Origin: an uncultured virus (IMG/VR IMGVR_UViG_3300029985_000038)
Taxonomy: Duplodnaviria; Heunggongvirae; Uroviricota; Caudoviricetes
Reading direction: 5' to 3' (one strand)
Virus record (IMG/VR): IMGVR_UViG_3300029985_000038
DNA length: 20,000 nucleotides
Part shown: positions 15,322-20,000 of the stretch, piece by piece
Position numbering within the stretch: position 1 is the stretch's first letter
Layout: each line of letters starts with the position of its first letter
Translations under genes and position numbers: made by a program
Notes under the pieces: model-generated
Databases searched by the model: none
The model's input: the letters and a program-made list of their open reading frames with translations, nothing else
Told to the model about the DNA's origin: nothing

Positions 15322-15930
15322 ATGAAAAATTCAACTCAACTTAATATCAATATTGATCAAGAATGGCGTAAAAAATTAGAAAAAAGAGCTTTTCAAGAAT
15401 CATTTAGCAAGCAAACAGAAATTACTGTAGCTGATCTTGTGCGTCGTTCGATTTGTGATACCTATAATTTAAATATTGAATATCCAATAATTAAAAACTA
15501 TACAGATAAAAATGAATATTTTAAAGCTATTGAAGAAGAACAGCATAATCCCAATAGAGTATGTATATATTCAGATGATCCAAATTTTGCTGTTCTTGGA
15601 TTATTATGTTATGATCTTGGCACTGACGCCGAAAATTACACCTTGCATAGATGGTATGTTTTAGGTGAGATAAATAAAGAACCAACTGAAATTATTGAAT
15701 ATGATAATTATGCAGATTTTAGAAACTATATGGTAGAAGCAAAAAATTTAAATTACACTATAATGCCAGCAGACAACCCTAGAAAACTTGAGTTTGGATA
15801 TACTATATTAGAAACATATAAGACGCATGTTTTTCCTTTGAAATTTCTTAAATTTGAAGAATCTAATGATTTTGATAAATGGAAAAAACTTATTTCTGGA
15901 GAAAAATTAAAGCAACTTATTACACAATAA
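15322..15930 (+). CDS. Hypothetical protein with ribbon-helix-helix-like N-terminus
   Basis: TQLNINIDQEWRKKLEKRA...TVADLVRRSI fits a beta-helix-helix pattern; start is 15304 (GTG) or 15322 (ATG). Confidence 0.55.
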   Translation: MKNSTQLNINIDQEWRKKLEKRAFQESFSKQTEITVADLVRRSICDTYNLNIEYPIIKNYTDKNEYFKAIEEEQHNPNRVCIYSDDPNFAVLGLLCYDLGTDAENYTLHRWYVLGEINKEPTEIIEYDNYADFRNYMVEAKNLNYTIMPADNPRKLEFGYTILETYKTHVFPLKFLKFEESNDFDKWKKLISGEKLKQLITQ

Positions 15931-15943
15931 GTTGCTTTAATTT
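15904..15943. terminator. Perfect 18-bp hairpin, probable bidirectional terminator
   Basis: AAATTAAAGCAACTTATT-ACAC-AATAAGTTGCTTTAATTT at a convergent gene junction. Confidence 0.8.
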
Positions 15944-15961
15944 AATAGTATATTTATTTTC

Positions 15962-17386
15962 TTACAAAGCAGCGTTAGCTCTAACAGTAGCCCAATCGTA
16001 AGCTTTGGTGACTTGTCCATTTCGGAACACTTCAACTAGATGATCCTGTTCGCCCTTAGCCTTAGCTTCAGCTTGAGAAACTGTAGTGAATACACCATCT
16101 CTCTTAATTAGTGACAAACGACCAGCCTTTGACTTCTTACCTGGATCAGTGATCGGATCTTTGAATACGTTGATATCCTCTCCATCAATTGTAGCTTCAG
16201 AACACTTAAAAGCGAACTTATTGGTGTCTCTATCAAGCTTCTGAAGTAGCGCACCACCCATACCAAAAGCAAGATTATCCATAGATTGACCGTGATTCTT
16301 TAGTTCTTGCATGATGTCCACACCAGATTCTAGACAAACACCGTCGCCTTGGATAACACGAACATGAGGATTAAGGACATCGTAACCCTTAGAGTTAGTT
16401 TCCATTCCAAACTGTTCGCCAAGAATCTTGATGATTTCTGGAACTACGACTCTTGCATTTCCGCTATCAGGTCGAACAACTAGAACACCATTTCGATTAA
16501 GAACCTTATCTTTTAGTTTCTTACCCCAGATTTCTCTACAAGCATTGAAGATGTCATAGCTATCACTTACACAAGCAACGAATCCTTCTGGGAATTCTTC
16601 TAGCATATTGTTGTAAGCATCTTCCTCATGAAGTCTACCCCATGAAGTCATTGTGCTGTGTTCTGATGCAGGAATTGAATTACCAGCGCAGAAATCACCA
16701 TAGATGTCATCAACTAAATCAAGAGCGATGTAAGTATCTGTTCCTTTAAAGTTTACCAAGTGAGCAGCACCACCGATTGCCGCAGATTCAACTGAGCTAA
16801 CGCCTCTGAATCCAAAGTCATGTAGCTTATAGTCGATTCCAGCAGGATCACCAGTTTCAATAAGGAAGCGTAAAATGTTCTTCTTGAAGTCTCTTGAAAG
16901 ACTACAAACAGTCGTAGGAAACCAATTTTGAACAAGAAGACTTTCGACAGAATTTGTAAGCCAGTAAGATGACTCTTCGTGCTTTGCAAGAAATTCGTCG
17001 TCAGTAATTTTAACGTCCATGAGAACGTTATGTGTAGGAACCGTAATACCTTCAGCAACGGCTCTAATAGAAAGAGGAAGGTAACCGTTATGCTTTTCGA
17101 GAATATGTTCCCAACCAGAACGATTAAAAAGGTCTTGACCGAAAAAGTGAGGCTTTGCACGATTGGCAGCGTCGTCAATATTTTTTCTAGTAACTACTTG
17201 ACCGGCAAGATATTGGACTAAGGTGTATTGCAATCCGAAGAATGTAGTTTCATCAAACTTACCACCACGAGATTCGAAATAGGATCGGATGTTGGTGGTC
17301 TTCTTTGGGTACTGACCCTTATGGGTGAGTTTGTAGCTATCTGTTAGCTTAACGATGTTATTATATTGAACTTTTCTAAGTGTCAT
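15962..17386 (-). CDS. nadV: Nicotinamide phosphoribosyltransferase (NAMPT/NadV)
   Basis: TDSYKLTH, YFESRGG, LHDFGFRG, GTDT, SIPASEHS, VSDSYD, RPDSG, IQGDG, AFGMGG and KKSKAG. Start at ATG 17386 with AGGA SD and TACAAT at 17404-17409. Confidence 0.95.
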   Translation of the reverse strand: MTLRKVQYNNIVKLTDSYKLTHKGQYPKKTTNIRSYFESRGGKFDETTFFGLQYTLVQYLAGQVVTRKNIDDAANRAKPHFFGQDLFNRSGWEHILEKHNGYLPLSIRAVAEGITVPTHNVLMDVKITDDEFLAKHEESSYWLTNSVESLLVQNWFPTTVCSLSRDFKKNILRFLIETGDPAGIDYKLHDFGFRGVSSVESAAIGGAAHLVNFKGTDTYIALDLVDDIYGDFCAGNSIPASEHSTMTSWGRLHEEDAYNNMLEEFPEGFVACVSDSYDIFNACREIWGKKLKDKVLNRNGVLVVRPDSGNARVVVPEIIKILGEQFGMETNSKGYDVLNPHVRVIQGDGVCLESGVDIMQELKNHGQSMDNLAFGMGGALLQKLDRDTNKFAFKCSEATIDGEDINVFKDPITDPGKKSKAGRLSLIKRDGVFTTVSQAEAKAKGEQDHLVEVFRNGQVTKAYDWATVRANAAL

Positions 17387-17415
17387 TTTTGTTTCCTGTG
17401 TGTATTGTACCAACG

Positions 17416-17865
17416 TTATTTCTGGGTTGTCAAGCCCAACAAAGCAATTTCTGGTGGAACTGGACGATATTTTTCTGGAACTTCAGAAGGGTCTATAGGT
17501 GTCGTTAATCTTTTAATTCGATTAGGACTCTTGCTGATTCGTTGATTGAAAATCTCAGTTGCAGCTTTTTTAGCTTCAACGTTTGCCCATTTATCTCTTA
17601 AATCCTGTTCTTCGACAGTCCAAGGAATGATTTCGATTTCATCAATTTGATCTACTGGAACTATGATGAATGGATTAATTGGTCCAGCTTCACCATCTAC
17701 AAGTTTCAGTTCGTACCAAACATGGTCGTCACTGGATAAATTCATTAAATATTTTCCATCTGCTTGCTTGAGAAATTCAGTATCGTCATTTTGAATCAGG
17801 GAGTTGCTTGTGATTAGAACTTTGTTTTTTGTATCTAATGCTGTGCGGTGTGTATATGTCTCCAT
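17416..17865 (-). CDS. Hypothetical protein
   Basis: Start moved to ATG 17865 (METYT) with TATAAT 6 nt upstream (17872-17877). Confidence 0.75.
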   Translation of the reverse strand: METYTHRTALDTKNKVLITSNSLIQNDDTEFLKQADGKYLMNLSSDDHVWYELKLVDGEAGPINPFIIVPVDQIDEIEIIPWTVEEQDLRDKWANVEAKKAATEIFNQRISKSPNRIKRLTTPIDPSEVPEKYRPVPPEIALLGLTTQK

Positions 17866-17934
17866 GTATTTATTATAGTTGTGTATAAATATAATGTGTT
17901 GACAATCCTTGAGGTTGAACACAATGGAGTAAAA

Positions 17935-18747
17935 ATGAATAAAATACTAAGCTACAAAGACGTTGTAGCAGATCAAAAAGACAATGAATTGTCATTAGTC
18001 ATAGATACATTGAATAAAAAATTATTGCAGAATAAATTCCCTTTGCAATTTTTGTTTAAAGAAAACACTTTAACGGAAACCATTTGGAGTGTCGTAAGTT
18101 ATTTAAGAGAAAGAGGATGGAGTGTAGAACATCAAAGTTATTTAAGAGAAAGAGGATGGAGTGTAGAACATCAAATATGTACATTCAAGGATGGAGATAC
18201 TACTGGTTCACCATCAATGCTTTCGATTTCCCCGATGCCAGAAATTGTTAAAGATACTGAAGTTAAAAATTTGTATCATAAAATTTTAAGTGAAAATCCA
18301 GAATATGAATATTCAACTCGTGTAAAATCAGGTTCTTTTCAAGCTGAATTATCAGGTAAATTATTTGAATATGAAAACCCAGACACGTATGCTCGTACAA
18401 GAGTAAGTTTTAGTATTACGGAATGTGGTGAGGATCAAACTACAGTAGAAAAAGAAATTCTCAACAAAATTAATCAAATTAGAAGTCAACACAACTATAA
18501 ACATAATTTTGACTTAGAAAAATTAAAATTATTAATTGATGTAAATCGTCGTCAAGGACAAAGTACAGCGTTAGTTGAAGCTGCTATGAAAGTTGGTGGA
18601 TATGTAATTTTCCCAAATGTGGCAATGGCTGAAATATTTAGAGAAAAATATAATTATGACGGATGTATTTCGATAGGAGAATTAAATGTATTACAAGGCA
18701 AAATCGCTCCTATTTTTATAGATAATGCTACTTTTTATGTGCTATAA
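17935..18747 (+). CDS. Hypothetical protein with degenerate C-terminal P-loop-like segment
   Basis: GGAG SD before ATG 17935; RRQGQSTAL (Walker A-like, K replaced by Q) and IFIDN (Walker B-like). Confidence 0.6.
   Translation: MNKILSYKDVVADQKDNELSLVIDTLNKKLLQNKFPLQFLFKENTLTETIWSVVSYLRERGWSVEHQSYLRERGWSVEHQICTFKDGDTTGSPSMLSISPMPEIVKDTEVKNLYHKILSENPEYEYSTRVKSGSFQAELSGKLFEYENPDTYARTRVSFSITECGEDQTTVEKEILNKINQIRSQHNYKHNFDLEKLKLLIDVNRRQGQSTALVEAAMKVGGYVIFPNVAMAEIFREKYNYDGCISIGELNVLQGKIAPIFIDNATFYVL
18097..18174 (+). repeat. Exact 39-bp in-frame tandem duplication (SYLRERGWSVEHQ x2)
   Basis: AGTTATTTAAGAGAAAGAGGATGGAGTGTAGAACATCAA at 18097-18135 and 18136-18174. Confidence 0.95.
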
Positions 18748-18755
18748 TAACGATT

Positions 18756-19310
18756 ATGGTAAACAGACAGGACAGAATTATAGTGGTTGATTGTGAATCT
18801 ACTTGCTGGAAAAACGATCAACCACCTGAAGGAGAACTTCAGGAAATTATTCAAATTGGATATACATTCTTAAATCCAATTACATTAGAATTGTCTGAAC
18901 CATACGAAATTATGGTGCGCCCTCAAAGATCCCGTATTTCTGAGTATTGCACTGAATTAACTGGTTTAACTTGGGATAGTGTTAAAAGTGGAATTATTTA
19001 CCAAGATGCAGTTAAATACTTTATGAAAACCGCTGCAACAAGAAGTTGTGTTTGGGCTGGATGGGGATTAGAAGATCAAGATTTTATGAGACAATCTTCA
19101 GAAATGGGAGCAATTTATCCCTTTGGTTTGAATTACATCAATTTGCAAGATTTGCACTGGATTCTAATGGGTAAAACAATTAAGCCATCCTTAAAACGCT
19201 CTGTAGAAGAAATGGGGATGGTTTTTGAGGGACGTTGGCACAATGCAAAAGATGATGCATATAATACTGCTAGAATTCTTAGAGAATACTTGAAAAAACA
19301 AAGAATTTAA
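18756..19310 (+). CDS. DEDDh 3'-5' exonuclease (ERI-1/KapD-like)
   Basis: IVVDCESTC (Exo I), EIIQIG, CTELTG, WGLED (Exo II) and HNAKDDA (Exo III). Confidence 0.9.
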   Translation: MVNRQDRIIVVDCESTCWKNDQPPEGELQEIIQIGYTFLNPITLELSEPYEIMVRPQRSRISEYCTELTGLTWDSVKSGIIYQDAVKYFMKTAATRSCVWAGWGLEDQDFMRQSSEMGAIYPFGLNYINLQDLHWILMGKTIKPSLKRSVEEMGMVFEGRWHNAKDDAYNTARILREYLKKQRI

Positions 19311-19324
19311 GGTATACTATTATC

Positions 19325-20000
19325 ATGACTCAAGAACTAACCAAAGAAATCGAAGAAATTATCAAATCACAAAATCTTAATTGTTCAGTAAAACAATTCA
19401 AAGAAAAAGTTGATTGGTATTCTATTTCACAATATCAAAAATTATCAGAACAATTTATTGAACAATTCAAAGAAAAAGTTGATTGGTATTATATTTCAAA
19501 ACATCAAAAATTATCAGAACAATTTATTGAACAATTCAAAGAAAAAGTTGATTGGTATTCTATTTCAATATATCAAAAATTATCAGAACAATTTATTGAA
19601 CAATTCAAAGAAAAAGTTGATTGGATTTATATTTCAAAACATCAAAAATTATCAGAACAATTTATTGAACAATTCAAAGAAAAAGTTGATTGGTATTCTA
19701 TTTTACAATATCAAAAATTATCAGAACAATTTATTGAACAATTCAAAGAAAAAGTTAATTGGAATTTTATTTCAATATATCAAAAATTATCAGAACAATT
19801 TATTGAACAATTCAAAGAAAAAGTTGATTGGTATTATATTTCAAAACATCAAAAATTATCAGAACAATTTATTGAACAATTCAAAGAAAAAGTTGATTGG
19901 AATTATATTTCAAAACATCAAAAATTATCAGAACAATTTATTGAACAATTCAAAGAAAAAGTTGATTGGTATTCTATTTTAATGTGTCAAAAATTATCAG
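19325..20000 (+). CDS. Tryptophan-repeat protein (23-aa repeats), 3'-truncated by the window edge
   Basis: ATG 19325 with TATACT 6 nt upstream. Frame reads MTQELTKEIEE...(QFKEKVDWxxIxxxQKLSEQFIE)n and stays open to 20000; missing from the ORF track because it has no stop in the window. Confidence 0.85.
   Translation, partial: MTQELTKEIEEIIKSQNLNCSVKQFKEKVDWYSISQYQKLSEQFIEQFKEKVDWYYISKHQKLSEQFIEQFKEKVDWYSISIYQKLSEQFIEQFKEKVDWIYISKHQKLSEQFIEQFKEKVDWYSILQYQKLSEQFIEQFKEKVNWNFISIYQKLSEQFIEQFKEKVDWYYISKHQKLSEQFIEQFKEKVDWNYISKHQKLSEQFIEQFKEKVDWYSILMCQKLS
19393..20000 (+). repeat. 69-bp coding tandem repeat, about 9 copies visible
   Basis: TGATTGG/TAATTGG recurs at 19411, 19480, 19549, 19618, 19687, 19756, 19825, 19894 and 19963. 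Confidence 0.95.

Noticed and set aside
1188..17221. Short overlapping ORFs 1188-1406, 2656-2901, 4648-5061, 5288-5545, 6669-6878, 8163-8399, 8506-8694, 8952-9197, 10144-10332, 10635-10865, 10804-11061, 16753-17178 and 16979-17221
   Set aside because: They lie antisense or out of frame within better-supported genes or tRNAs and show no recognisable motifs.
7923..17891. T4-type late promoter TATAAATA at 7923, 15307 and 17884
   Set aside because: Only three copies noted in very AT-rich DNA and no late or structural genes follow; cannot be distinguished from -10 variants or chance.
19410..19982. 190-aa ORF (KNYQNNLLNNSKKKLIG repeats) in the ORF track
   Set aside because: Shadow frame of the 69-bp repeat. 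The frame from ATG 19325 has a -10 box, a unique N-terminus and a more protein-like repeat.
19393..20000. Possible CRISPR array or diversity-generating retroelement
   Set aside because: Variable parts are short, mutually similar and in frame, not unique spacers. No cas or reverse transcriptase gene and no separate template repeat is visible in the window.
1..20000. Stop-codon reassignment as seen in some large phages
   Set aside because: Conserved genes (lig, prs, nadV, tnpB) are uninterrupted in the standard code, coding density is high, and no clear suppressor tRNA is present.

Overview
AT-rich, gene-dense window that looks like part of a large (jumbo) bacteriophage genome read in the standard code. 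It carries two calcineurin-like phosphoesterases, four or five glycosyltransferases, an ATP-dependent DNA ligase, a ParB-like protein, PRPP synthetase, nicotinamide phosphoribosyltransferase, a SLOG/YspA protein, a DEDDh exonuclease, a stand-alone TnpB and a 69-bp tandem Trp-repeat gene running off the right edge. The most striking region is 9057-10385. An unannotated 24-codon ORF ending in RLQQRRQQRP sits directly upstream of eight tRNA or tRNA-like genes: two Gln, five Arg and one Gln-like gene of uncertain anticodon. The leader's Gln/Arg codons match the cluster's anticodons, which suggests a tRNA-sensing leader controlling back-up tRNAs. The cluster includes two rearranged tRNA-Arg-like RNAs, a tRNA with a 28-nt anticodon-loop insert, a compact tRNA-Gln, and a shared C(C)GAG trailer in place of CCA. 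A second notable locus (11311-13261) is a DIP1984-like gene followed by a structured RNA with heptamer repeats, then a TnpB whose predicted guide matches its own reconstructed empty site. Many genes have a -10 box 5-7 nt before the ATG, implying leaderless mRNAs. All family calls come from motif recognition by eye; no searches were run.
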